Below are positions 1 to 10,639 of a stretch of DNA of 64,000 bases, piece by piece. Origin of the DNA: Macrostomum hystrix (lineage: Eukaryota; Animalia; Platyhelminthes); assembly GCA_950097015.1 (NCBI GenBank), contig CATNEN010000029.1, positions 372,001 to 436,000 of the forward strand, written 5' to 3'. How positions within the stretch are numbered: position 1 is the first letter of the stretch; the number at the start of each line of letters is the position of its first letter. The translations under genes and the position numbers were made by a program. Below the pieces are notes generated by a model. It worked only from the letters and a program-made list of their open reading frames with translations. It was not told the origin of the DNA and did not search any database.

Positions 1-510
1 TATTGATCGTTGGTGCTCATTAGTTTATTTACTAGGCACATCAGAGCGATGGTTGAACGGAAGCGCCTTGTCTGATTATTTCCTTTCCTCTCCTTTTTGA
101 AATGTGTTGGCTTAAAGACAACAAGGCATCTTGACGCCTCACCTAGTGGGGCTGTCTAGGCAATTCTAATGACTTCACTTTCCATAGATCTTATATTTTG
201 TGAATTTTGACGGAACTAATTTATAACATTGGATTGGGACAGTCAATTTCCCCAACGGCGTCGCTTTCCAATTTCCATTTCCACGTTTTGGTTCAAATTA
301 TTCCGCTTGGCACATTAGAATTAGTTAAGGATGCAGCATCTGGACTGAGGCTGCTGTTCATTTATAAAAACTTTCATAACCATCTTATCTTCTCAATTCG
401 GGACCTTCCTTCCCAGGGGGAAATTTATGCTTTAACCAGCATCTAGGCATTGATGAACCTGTCAGCTCACAAAAAATTTGCTTAAATGACTCAAGCTTTT
501 TCCGGCTTCT

Positions 511-858
511 AATAATAATAATAATAATAATAATTGATTACACCTCCCCCAATTGGGTCAGATGTGCAGCCGACAGCACAGCCGCAGCTAATGCGCGGCG
601 CATCTGAAGGCTGCGTAACAGCTGTTCAGTCCATGGACTGGGGGGACGCCACACCCACCTTCAATTATCCCAGCTGATGCTGGTACCCATTTAACAGCTG
701 GGTGAACTGAAGCAATGCAGAGTTAAGTGTCTTGCTAAAGGACGCAAATTGTTCCAGTGGAGTCGGGAATCGAACCCCCGACCTTCAAGTCGTGAGTCCG
801 ACGCCTTAACCACTAGGCTACAACCTCTCCACTAGGCTACAACCTCTCCCAACCTCTC
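511..858 (-). mobile_element. tRNA-derived CORE-type SINE with (ATT)n tail and 11-bp target-site duplication
   Basis: The minus strand begins with a tRNA-like head, GGTTGTAGCCTAGTGGTTAAGGCG...GGTTCGATTCCCGAC (A and B boxes, about 825-757). It continues GTCCTTTAGCAAGACACTTAACTCTGCATTGCTTCAGTTCACCCAGCTGTTAAATGGGTACC, resembling the MIR/CORE domain, and ends in (ATT)n at 511-533. CCGGCTTCTAA flanks it at 502-512 and 859-869. Confidence 0.8.
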
Positions 859-1506
859 CCGGCTTCTAACACTAGCCTAATAGCACTACGGCTGGAAGGC
901 TGTATCCTCAAATACACAAGAAGAGAAGGCCTTGTGTCTCACTAAGCAACAGTTTAGTACCTATTTTAAGGACTCATTTTCGCAGAAAACTTTTACTATT
1001 AAGCTTGAATATTCTATGGCACCTTACATCCGGATCACCTGTCCATCACCTGTCCACCCGAATGCCGCATAAGTGCGTGCTGAATATTCTATGAGCTTAC
1101 TTTAAGATACATGTTTTCTGCCGTTCCCACGCCTGCAAAGTTTCCGTATTGTGTGACTGATTCCACTTCTTAGCCTAGTAACTATCGAGTAGAACAAAGA
1201 AGTAAGTCGTTGTTACTAAGTGTAATCAAGTGACCGCATGTTAGAGAATTAAATAAAGTCGTCGAGTTCACCTTTCGAATTTGAACCATGAGTTTAATTC
1301 CGACTGTCATTTTATGCAATACAAATTTAATCAGTAAGATGGTTCGGGTTGAGTAAGGATGCACAGTATTTTTAGTACATTGTGCACTTGCGGCGACACA
1401 TTGCGTTAGACATATTAGCGGGCTGTGTTTTTAGTGACTGTCGTGCACTGCTAGTGTTCTGCATTATGTGTAGCGTCTTTTGATCCTGCTGGTTCCATAA
1501 TTGCTT

Positions 1507-2165
1507 TCAATATTCCATCTCTTCGTCAGAGATCTCGCGGCCAAAGCGAAACGGCATGTGCACAGTATCGTCCCGCTTGCCCCAGCGGAACACGTTGGGA
1601 GCCCGCTTGCCCCAGCGGAACACGTTTGGAGACCTCTTGCCCCAGCGGAACACGTTGGGAGCCCGCTTGCTCTCAGGCCAATCATAATAGACCGTCTCCT
1701 CGGCCGATGGGCCCGCGAATTCAACGCCCAGAATCCTGCCCGGAGCCATTCGTTTGCCGCGCTTCAGTTCGGCCGTCGGTGAAGAATCATCTGCGGGACG
1801 GGATGCGCACGGGAGGCGGGATATCAGGATGGCTTAGGGCATCAAGAAATTATTCGAGGACGGAAGTGCGTCGAGTCCAGCAGCTTTTTTAATTTTCTTG
1901 TTCGGCAGTGCAGCTTCCTCAATTTGCTGTCCGTGTGCGGGAAATAATGCTGTCCGTTTGATTCGTGAAGCTAATGCACAGTATTCTAATCAAATACCAA
2001 TTCACGCGGATCTTTAATATAAATAATTTCTTTCTGAGAAAAGTCAGTTTCGGACTGCAGCACGTGAGCTGAAACATGCTTACCATTGGTGCCACGTCCA
2101 TTTGATTGCGCAATCAGACACATTAGCGCTAAGCCGCACACTAGCATGATAGTTCTGTGAATCAT
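1507..2165 (-). CDS. Neuropeptide precursor (2x APNVFRWamide, SPNVFRWamide, DDTVHMPFRFamide), 121 aa, 2 coding exons
   Basis: complement(join(2084..2165,1507..1790)) = 366 nt. Exon 1 encodes a hydrophobic signal peptide, MIHRTIMLVCGLALMCLIAQSNG, and ends at a phase-1 G|GTAAG donor. The acceptor CCCGTCCCGCAG| at 1791 is also phase 1. Exon 2 encodes ...KR-APNVFRWG-KR-SPNVFRWG-KR-APNVFRWG-KR-DDTVHMPFRFG-R-EISDEEMEY*, with dibasic cleavage sites and Gly amide donors. Confidence 0.93.
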
Positions 2166-4225
2166 TGCTGCTTGCTGATAGGCAATAACTGTCTTCTGTC
2201 CTCCAGTAAGCTTCGCTATTGTCGATCGAGACCTGTGAAATCGAGGATAGAAAAAGATGCATGCAGTTGCCAGATTGACTACAATATATTTGGAAGCCTA
2301 TATATTTTTTAGCAATGATAGCTTACCCCAGAGTAAGAGTTTGCCGGCGGAGAGATTGAAAGCAAGGAGAATTATTCGAGCCAGTTTTCTAGTGCATTTT
2401 ATAGGCCGGCTGGAGAAAACTTCCGCAGCCCCGCCAACCGCACAGCCAACCGTTGCAGATTCTCCGCACGTTGATGACTAGTCACTGGGCGGATCAAACT
2501 TCGGCGCAGGTGATTGGCTGCCTCAGCTGAAACTAGAATATTGTCGAAGCTAACTTATTTGGATATTTTTTAGCATGCGGAGATCTGTTTTTCTTGAATA
2601 AATTTAAATAAAAATTGTAAATAAATTGCCAATTATGGTTTCGCTGTCTGGCGCGGTCGTAGATGAAAATGCTGCAATTCAATTATAGATGTAAAATGTG
2701 AACTACGTACGTCGAAAAAACTCATTAAGGGAATTTCCCGTAACCTCGTTGCCTCTCGAAAAATATAAACGCTTAGCTCTCAGATGAATTAAAAACTTAA
2801 AATCGCACGTAGTAAATACCAACATATGATGGATATGACACTTGTTCAATGCCACCACAAACAAAAAGCAATGATCTCATTTGGGAGAACCAAGAACCAC
2901 TAGGAAAAACTTATCATCCTTGGCGAGAACATTTTTTAGATTATAAAAAGAGCCACTCTGTAAGTGGTTTATAATTGTAATCAAGAATGAAATGATTACA
3001 CTATAGAATGAATATAATGAAAGTATTTAAGTAGGCCCTAGTCACTTTTACGATTATTAGTTCGTATTTGACAGCAATTTTTTATTTAGCGACTGATGTC
3101 ATAACTTCATCATAGTTTTATTATTTTAAAAGTATATCTAATTCTTTACTTCATATTTGGGTTATTTTATTTGCGTAATAGACTCAATCACATTTTTAAT
3201 TTAACTAGGCCCCTATTGAAATTTGAAGTTGCTGTTCTGCGACGATTTTCCAAGATATATGAGTCCTACATATTCAATTTTAAGTATCATTACCAATAAG
3301 CGCATGAGACATACAGATGGATATAATAGACATGTTTGGATTAACTAATATATAATATATGTAACTAACTATATAACTAACTAATATATAACTAACTAGT
3401 ATATGTACATTTTTCTAATCATTTGTCAGCCTGATAGTTTAATAAATTGAAACAATTTCCTTTATTCAGAATTAATGCAAACACTGTAGTATTTAAGTAT
3501 ACTAATTGTGTACTATTTATATTTCCTTATTCTTATTTAAATTACAGGAAAGAAAAAACCTTCTGCATTGGTTTCCAACTTCAAAATAAACAAAAGTGAT
3601 GATATTCCTTTATGTGTGTGTACTTTTTATAACCATGTACAATACCCAAACAGTCAATCCACTATTCCACTTAGCCACATTAGTATTTTATTAACTGAAA
3701 AAATAATGTACATATAGTCCTTAGGTGGCATTAGGCCTGTTGTGTAATAGTAAATTATATTCAATAAATTTTAGAGTATCACCAAGCTTCAATTGTTTTC
3801 TTTGATTCTTGGAATGTGAAAAATAAACAAACCAGTTTTACACTGTTAGTTTAGCTAAGTATTTTGCTTTACAATTTAGTTAGCTTTCTGAAAATTAATT
3901 ATATCTGTTTTCTTTGATTAGCTTTAAAGCTAGCTAGGCTTGACAGGAGCTAAGATGTGTAGGACATTATGTAGTGTATATATATATACTAGCTTTTTTT
4001 GCCCGTTGTTTTTGGGGCAGAAATTTAAAGCAAAGCAGTAAGCAATTCACGTCTCTGTATTAACTTTATAGTGAAGGTCACCATTTATTTATTTACTGCA
4101 TTAATGAAAAGTGAAGAGTTTGTTTAAGGGCGTTTTAAGTAAAAAATAAGTGAAAAGTTTGTCCAAACAGCCCCCTCTTGATTACTTCTTTAGAAACATG
4201 TCTCTTAGCCACTCCTCTATACAGT

Positions 4226-4508
4226 CAGTGGCAGATCCAGGAATTTTGTTTTGGGGCGGTCTGTCAGGGGAGCGTTATGAGAATCACAGAGGGGGTGCCA
4301 GCGGCCGAAAAAGGGCGCCAGGAGCCAAGAAAGGGCGCCAGCGGCTGAAAAAACGGGAGCCAGCGGCTGAAAAAGGGGCGCCAGCGGCCGAAAAGGGGCG
4401 CCAGTGCTGCGACTGGCGCCCCTGGTGGGGGCATCTTATTCCCATGATTAAAATTTAGGGGGGCGACTGCCCCCCCGCCCCCCCCCCCCCCCCCTAAATC
4501 TGCCTCTG
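4226..4508. mobile_element. hAT-type MITE (283 bp) nested in the Helitron 3' region
   Basis: Imperfect terminal inverted repeats: CAGTGGCAGATCCAGG at the left and reverse complement CAGAGGCAGATTTAGG at the right. An exact 8-bp TSD, TATACAGT, lies at 4218-4225 and 4509-4516. There are internal short repeats of GCCAGCGGCCGAAAA. An 8-bp TSD is typical of hAT elements. Confidence 0.82.
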
Positions 4509-4660
4509 TATACAGTATGCATGTACACGCGTATACATAAGGAAAATAGCCATGGCATAACAATAACAATGTCAAAGAAACAAAATTAAACTGTTTCAGA
4601 GTTCAGAGTTAGACAGGTCAAGGTCAATTCGTGACTACTTTTCTATTAATTGCTTGCGAG

Positions 4661-5640
4661 TCACCTCAAGGCCTGGGGATACACCACATTCTTCGTTCTT
4701 CCCCTTGGTGCAAAAATGAATAGGCCAGCTGGAGTTCCAACACGGGAGCAGGCGACATAAAGCTGCCCATGCGAGAAGCAAGGAGTCTCCAGGTTGATGC
4801 CAGCCATGCACCTTCAGCGACTGTCCCTGAGCCTTGTTAATAGTCATCGCAAAGCACACTCTCACAGGGAACTGCAGTCGCTTGAACTGAAATGGCAGGT
4901 CCGTGGGGATAATTGGAATCCGGGAACAAACACAGACTCTCCTCTGCCAGATCCAGTCATTATCGTGGCCTCAATCACGTGTGGGAAGAGCCGCCTGACT
5001 ATCAGTCTGGTGCCGTTACACAGCCTTGGCGCATTCAGGTTGTGGAGGAGCATAATTGGTGCCCCAACTTTCAGCTGCAAGTTGTGCGATGGAGTTCCAG
5101 GAGGATCTAGAGAGTTCAGAAACTCAACAGGATACTCCACAGCGGTGTCATCAGTCAACGTTGTATCAATTGACTTGTAGGTGAAAACTGCACCTGGCAA
5201 CTCCTGAAGCAGTTGGTAGTTAATTTCGTTGGCGGCATCATTTCTAGGACACAGAATAGCCCTCTCTGACAGCCAGTCAACGTCAGCATATCGAACCATC
5301 AGGTTCGGGTAAACTTTTGCCTTGAGCTCCTGCACTGACTGCACAATGGTTCCGATTGTAGCGATCGATGACTGCCCATCCTCGGTGCTAATCTCCAGCA
5401 GATCATTGCCGATTCGCAATAGATTGGCAGAGAACTCATGAGCTGTTTCGTCTCCTTGAATTGTAGCTCTCATGTTTGTTCGTACAGGTGCAACTTCACA
5501 ACCGATGGCCACAGGTGAGATGATTTTAGGCAAGCATTAATCTCATCAGCAGGAGTGCCACGAGGAATCACAGGCAGCGTCTGTCTAAAGTCTCCAGACA
5601 GCAGCAGAGTGACACCACCCATCAGTTGATCGCCAGCCTC
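4661..5640 (-). pseudogene. Helitron helicase C-terminal fragment with frameshifts
   Basis: Motifs are split across ORFs 5470..5715, 4862..5533 and 4635..4865, so at least two or three frameshifts are needed to join them. Confidence 0.88.
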
Positions 5641-6749
5641 TCTCTTTCTTCTATCCCAGGCTGGCTGGAGAGAAATATCGACCGGAGAGCCCTGCGCACT
5701 GGGACGCCACCGCACTCACCGCACTCAGTCTCAGTGCTGCTTGGGGTCAGTAGACAGTCTAGGGGTTTGGGCTGTGTACATTCACGGCTTGAAATACAAT
5801 GTACAGTCTGGGGCTTCGGCGCCCGGGGAAGGGAGGGGGTGGCTGTAATAAAATTTGGCCCGCAGAGTGGCGGAGGGGAGTTGGGGTGGCTGTCCTCGGA
5901 AAACAAAAAGTGACTCACTTTGAGATGATGCAGCTTTGCTCTGGATTGAGTAGAGATGTTCAAAATTGACAGCATTGTTGGAAAACATGTAAAGTGTAAG
6001 TGGATCAAATTTGGAGAAAATCTGACAAAGTGGGGCGACGATATGTCGAATTGAGTGATTTTTTGACGATTTTTGAGCAGTTTTTTGCACTTTTGAGCAG
6101 GAAGGAAATGATTTTTCGGGAATTTGAGTAGCCTATTGCACTCAGCGTAGGTGGTTTTAGGTATGTGCAAAGTTTGGTGTGATTTGGTTGAGCGGTTTTC
6201 GGCGTCTATAAAGACAAAAGGTTGCACACACACACACACACAGACAGACAGAGTTTTCACTTTTATATATATAGATGCTTAAATTTGGTAAATTGCCTAA
6301 TAACAAACAAAATTATAAATACAAGCCTGGCTATAATATAATCATAAGATATTAGAATAATGCAAACATTAAAATATATATAGCTAGTTGACTTGCTAGC
6401 TGGATAATTGAAGGAAGTATTGCTTAAGGACACTTTGTTTGTTCTTTTTGGCTTTGAAAATTCAGATTGGAATTCCTGACCTTTGTTATGTGTTTAAATA
6501 TCTATAGTCCCTCATTGCTACTACTTAAGTGCTACAATGACAAAAATTATATAGCTAATAAATAGTTATTACCTAATTTTAAAGCAAAGCTGTAATACTT
6601 ATAAGTGTTGTTTAATGGCCTTTATCCACCATATTGCAATGTATCCTTTCTAAGAAGCACATAGCCAATCAGATTGCTAAATTATGGAAAACAAAAAAAT
6701 TATTTTTGACTACCTTATAGCACTTGGAATTCTGTGCAGACGCGTCGCC

Positions 6750-9700
6750 ATGGTAACTGACAAGCAGCGCCGGCCATCCTGTGGCTCTGGCCAGACAGCG
6801 GCCGCAGCGACTACTGCAGCCAGCGAGTCCGCTCAGATTCACTCTGGCCACTTCATGAAGAGCAACCTGGAGGACCCGGACACAGATTCGGACTCGCTGT
6901 CTGATTTCCCTGTCGACTTCTCTAATGCCAATCGATCCTCTTCTGGGCCTGCCAATGCAGCTGTCGGCCTCCCAGCTCTGCGCAGCGCCCGATCCGGCCG
7001 GCTTCCCTGCCGCATCTTCCTTTCCCGCCGCCGCTGCCGCAGTTTCCGTTTCATCAACTGGCGTCAATCCGAACGCTCTGTCTGTAGACGGAGCTGTTGC
7101 CGGTGGCTCTTCAGTCAGCATCGACCAGTCGCTAACGAAGCTGCTATGCTATTTGAAGCTGACCTTCTCGGGCAAGATCACCAATCCAAAGTGGAACGAC
7201 TTTCGTGGCATGCGATTCACTATCAAAGACAAAATCAGGCTGAACAACATTATCTGGCGGGAGTATCATTTGCAGTTTGTTAAACAACAACGGCCACGGA
7301 TTGTGCAGTTCGCCAATCCCCTCGCTGAAGATGTGAGCCGTTTTTTTCCTCCTTACTCACCACTTATCACCCTCCTTAGTCCCCACTTCTCACCCTCCTT
7401 ACTTCTCATTTTTCACCCTCCTTACTCCCCACTTCTCACCCTCCTTACTTCTCATTTTTCACCCTCCTTACTCCCCACTTCTCACCCTCCTTACTTCTCA
7501 TTTTTCACCCTCCTTACTCCCCACTTCTCACCCTCCTTACTTCTCATTTTTCACCCTCCTTACTCCCCACTTCTCACCCTCCCCACTACACTAATCCACA
7601 AAGCAGGCGCACACTCGACCCGAATCCGTCATCATGGAAGGCAAGTACTGGAAGCGCCGCCTCAACACTGTCTGCGATGAGTACAGCGGCTGGCGCGCCT
7701 TCTTCCTGCAGAACAGGCACCGGCTAAGGCCGGACCGCCGGCCAGAACCGATGGACATCATCTACGACAACGACTGGCTGGCGCAGAACACCGCACTGGA
7801 CATCAAGCGCCGTGGTGTCGGTACATCCGGGCACGACTGGCCGCTGAGTCCCCGGGAATCGCATCCCGCAGCGGGCGCCAAGCGTCAACCTCCTGGACGA
7901 CCTGCTGGCCGATTTCCAATTCGATCCCCATCTGGACAACCTGCTGAACCAATGCGACAGCTTCGGATTCGGCGGCGACCTCGGCCTCGCCTCCTCCGGC
8001 TGCGTCAACGGCGTTGGCATTGTTGACAGTGTCGCCGGTTCCTACGGCAATTCCGGTGGCGGTGGCTGCATCGGCGGAAGTCCTGGCGGCGTCAGCAGCG
8101 GCGGCTTTAACTCGGACTTCATCCAGCCGGGCCTGCAACAATTGCAGCCGAGCATTGACGATTTCTTTGGCGGCGACCTTCTGGCTCTGTTGTCCTCGTC
8201 GGCTGCAGCGGCGGCTGCGGCAGCGTCTTCGGTGGCAACGTCAATCTCTGCTCCGCCGCCGCCGCCACCACCGCCACTGCTGCCACCCCCGACACCGCAG
8301 CAGCTGCTGTTGCCGTTGCAGCCTCTTCAAACTGGGGTCAGCCTGAGCCCAAATGACTATCAGCGCATTGTGCTCACCCTGCAGGGCCTGCTGGCCCGCA
8401 CCACCCAGCCGCCCGCTGTTGTCGCCTCGCTGTTGGATTTTCTTAGAGGCATCGGCATACACGTGGCACTGCCTGCTCATCAGCAGCAACCACCTCCACC
8501 GCCGCCTCCACCGTCACCGCCGCCGCCGCCTCCTCCACCGCCGCCGCCCGCGCCTCCGTCAATTTCGCAAACTCTGTACCGCATTCTGCGCACTCCCCTG
8601 ACGACGTCGCCAACACTGGATCCGCCGAGTTTGCATCCGCATCCGGCAGTTCAGCAGCAGCCGCAGAAGCTGCTCAGGCGTGAGCAGTCACAGTCCCAGA
8701 TACAGCATCTTTTACCGGCTGGTTTGGCCAAGTCTGAGATGGATTGCTCTTCCCTGTCCAGTGACGGCTTCCGGATTGAATTGGTCAGTGCGATGTTGAT
8801 CGGAAATATTTCATTATAGATCTCAAATTTGGGCATATACTAATTAACATTATTATCCATTACCCGCTTCACAGCCATCAACTAATCGTCACCGCGAGAC
8901 CTACTTGCTTCAAAAACAGGCCGCAGCTGTCACAGCCAACTCTGAACAGGTTCGCCACTGTCATGTGACAGGGAGATTGGGGTAGAAGGCAGGGGTGACA
9001 GAAAGTTTGGGGTAGAAGGCAGGGCTGACAGGAAGATTGGGGTAGAAGGCAGGGGTGGCAGGAAGATTAGGGTAGAAGGCAGGGGTGACAGGGGGATTGG
9101 GACAGAAGGCAGGGGTGACAGGGGGATTGGGGCAGAAAGCAGGGGTGACAGGGAGATTGGGGCAGAAAGCAGGGGTGACGGGGGGATTGGGGCAGAAAGC
9201 AGGGGTGACAGGGAGATTGGGGCAGTAAGCAGGGGTGACAGGGGGATTGGGGCAGAAGGCAGGGGTGACAGGGGGATTGGGGCAGAAGGCAGGGGTGACA
9301 GGGGATTGTGGCATAGTTGCTGATTCAACCGGTCCTCCTGGCTCCCGCAGGCTCGACGCGGCAACATCAACTCTGCGTTTGATACGCTGCAGGCGATGCT
9401 ACCCGGCGGTGGCGGCTGTCAGCGCCTGTCGAAGGCTGCCGTGCTGCACAAGACGGCCGACCGGCTGCGCCGCCTGCGCGCCGAGCGGAACGACTGGCGC
9501 CTCGAGGCTAACCGGCTGCGCGCCGAGGCCAGCCGGCTGCGTACTGAGATCAGCGCCGCGTGCGAGCAGCTGCCTGCGTCGTCGATGGCGTCAGCAGCCG
9601 CAGCTTCAGCAGCGCCAGAGGCTCAGCGGCTGGTCGATGGTCGGCGCTGGTTCGAGGAGACCTACGCTCGGGAGGGAGTCCTGCGCAACTGGAAGTTTTA

Positions 9701-10639
9701 CCTTGTGAGTCTGTTGTGAGCTGGGAACCGACTGTGAGACACGTGGGTTAGGATCTGGAATCATGATGAGATCAAGGCTTAGAATCCCGGTAGTCATTGA
9801 CTGTGTCCACCCCCGCCTTGCCGCCTGCAGTTCAGCCTGATGATGTCCGACTCATTCGACGCCTTCAACAGCAACGTATCGACTAGCACGCCTGAGAACT
9901 TGGCTAGGACTGTGCTGAGCTGGACTGACCAGCACTGCAGCCTGTCCAAGCTGCGACCCGGTGAGTCACCAAACTTAGCTAACCCAGTCACAATGTCACC
10001 AAACCTAGCTAGCCCAGTCACAATGTCACCAAACCTAGCTAGCCCAGTCACAATGTCACCAAACCTAGCTAGCCCAGTCACAATGTCACCAAACCTAGCT
10101 AGCCCAGTCACAATGTCACCAAACCTAGCTAGCCCAGTCACAATGTCACCAAACCTAGCTAGCCCAGTCACAATGTCACCAAACCTAGCTAGCCCAGTCA
10201 CAATGTCACCAAACTTAGCTAGCCCAGTCACAATGTCACCAAACCTAGCTAGCCCAGTCACAATGTCACCAAACCTAGCTAGCCCAGTCACAATGTCACC
10301 AAACTTAGCTAGCCCAGTCACAATGTCACCAAACCTAGCTAGCCCAGTCACAATGTCACCAAACCTATCTAGCCCAGTCACAATGTCACCAAATCTAGCT
10401 AGCCAGTGACCAGTCACAATGCCCCTGAACCTGCAGCCGCGCACCGAGCCCTGACGCAGCTGTGTGTGAGCACTTGCATCCTGTCGGAGCCGGCGCAGGC
10501 CACTGTGCAGGTGATCGCCGGGGTTCACAGCGGCTGGCTGCCGATTTCTCTGACCGCCGCGTCGGCTGCTGAATCATCGGTGCCAGCTGCCGCGTCGGAC
10601 GATCTAGATGACGAGGAGAGCGACCTGATAGACGAATGA
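6750..10639 (+). CDS. MLXIP: Mondo family bHLH-ZIP transcription factor (MondoA/ChREBP, MLXIP/MLXIPL-like), about 805 aa
   Basis: Mondo-conserved motifs: [17 protein letters not shown]...[41 protein letters not shown] and [19 protein letters not shown]. bHLH-ZIP: SEQ|[14 protein letters not shown]...[13 protein letters not shown]-terminal domain: NWKFYL|FSLMM...[13 protein letters not shown]. Phase-consistent exons: 6750-(~6911), (~6961)-7332, 7607-(~7816), (~7872)-8783, 8875-8949, 9351-9704, 9831-9960, 10437-10639. Two junctions are uncertain (see findings). Confidence 0.9.
7346..7585. repeat. CT-rich intronic minisatellite
   Basis: Tandem CTTACTCCCCACTTCTCACCCTC-like units inside Mondo intron 7333-7606. 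Confidence 0.85.
8966..9305. repeat. 30-bp G-rich intronic minisatellite
   Basis: About 11 copies of GGGGTGACAGGGGGATTGGGGCAGAAGGCA in Mondo intron 8950-9350. Confidence 0.92.
9965..10418. repeat. 30-bp intronic minisatellite
   Basis: About 14-15 copies of AGCCCAGTCACAATGTCACCAAACCTAGCT filling Mondo intron 9961-10436. Confidence 0.95.

Larger units (their letters stand above)
3989..6275 (-). mobile_element. Internally deleted (non-autonomous) Helitron with both termini and a frameshifted PIF1-like helicase remnant
   Basis: The 5' end is A|TCTATATATATAAAAG (T at 6275). The 3' end has a GCCC...GGGC hairpin about 9 nt before CTAG|T (3989-3992). Helicase motifs appear in several frames: LLLSGDFRQTLPVIPRG, RAILCPRN, YPVEFLNSLDPPGTPSHNLQLKVGAPIMLL, LCNGTRL, CFAMTINKAQGQSL, and GRTKNVVYPQALR* (stop at 4661-4663). 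No Rep/HUH domain is present. Confidence 0.9.

Noticed and set aside
755-826. tRNA gene on the minus strand
   Set aside because: A and B boxes are present, but the acceptor and anticodon stems pair poorly, and it continues into a SINE core, tail and TSD.
1464-1782. Overlapping ORFs 1464..1724(-) and 1501..1782(+) with 10-aa repeats
   Set aside because: Alternative-frame and antisense shadows of the 30-bp peptide-coding repeats of the neuropeptide gene.
9794-10528. 244-aa ORF of [10 protein letters not shown] repeats and the [10 protein letters not shown] frame
   Set aside because: Translation of an intronic 30-bp minisatellite bounded by GT-AG sites that join conserved Mondo motifs.
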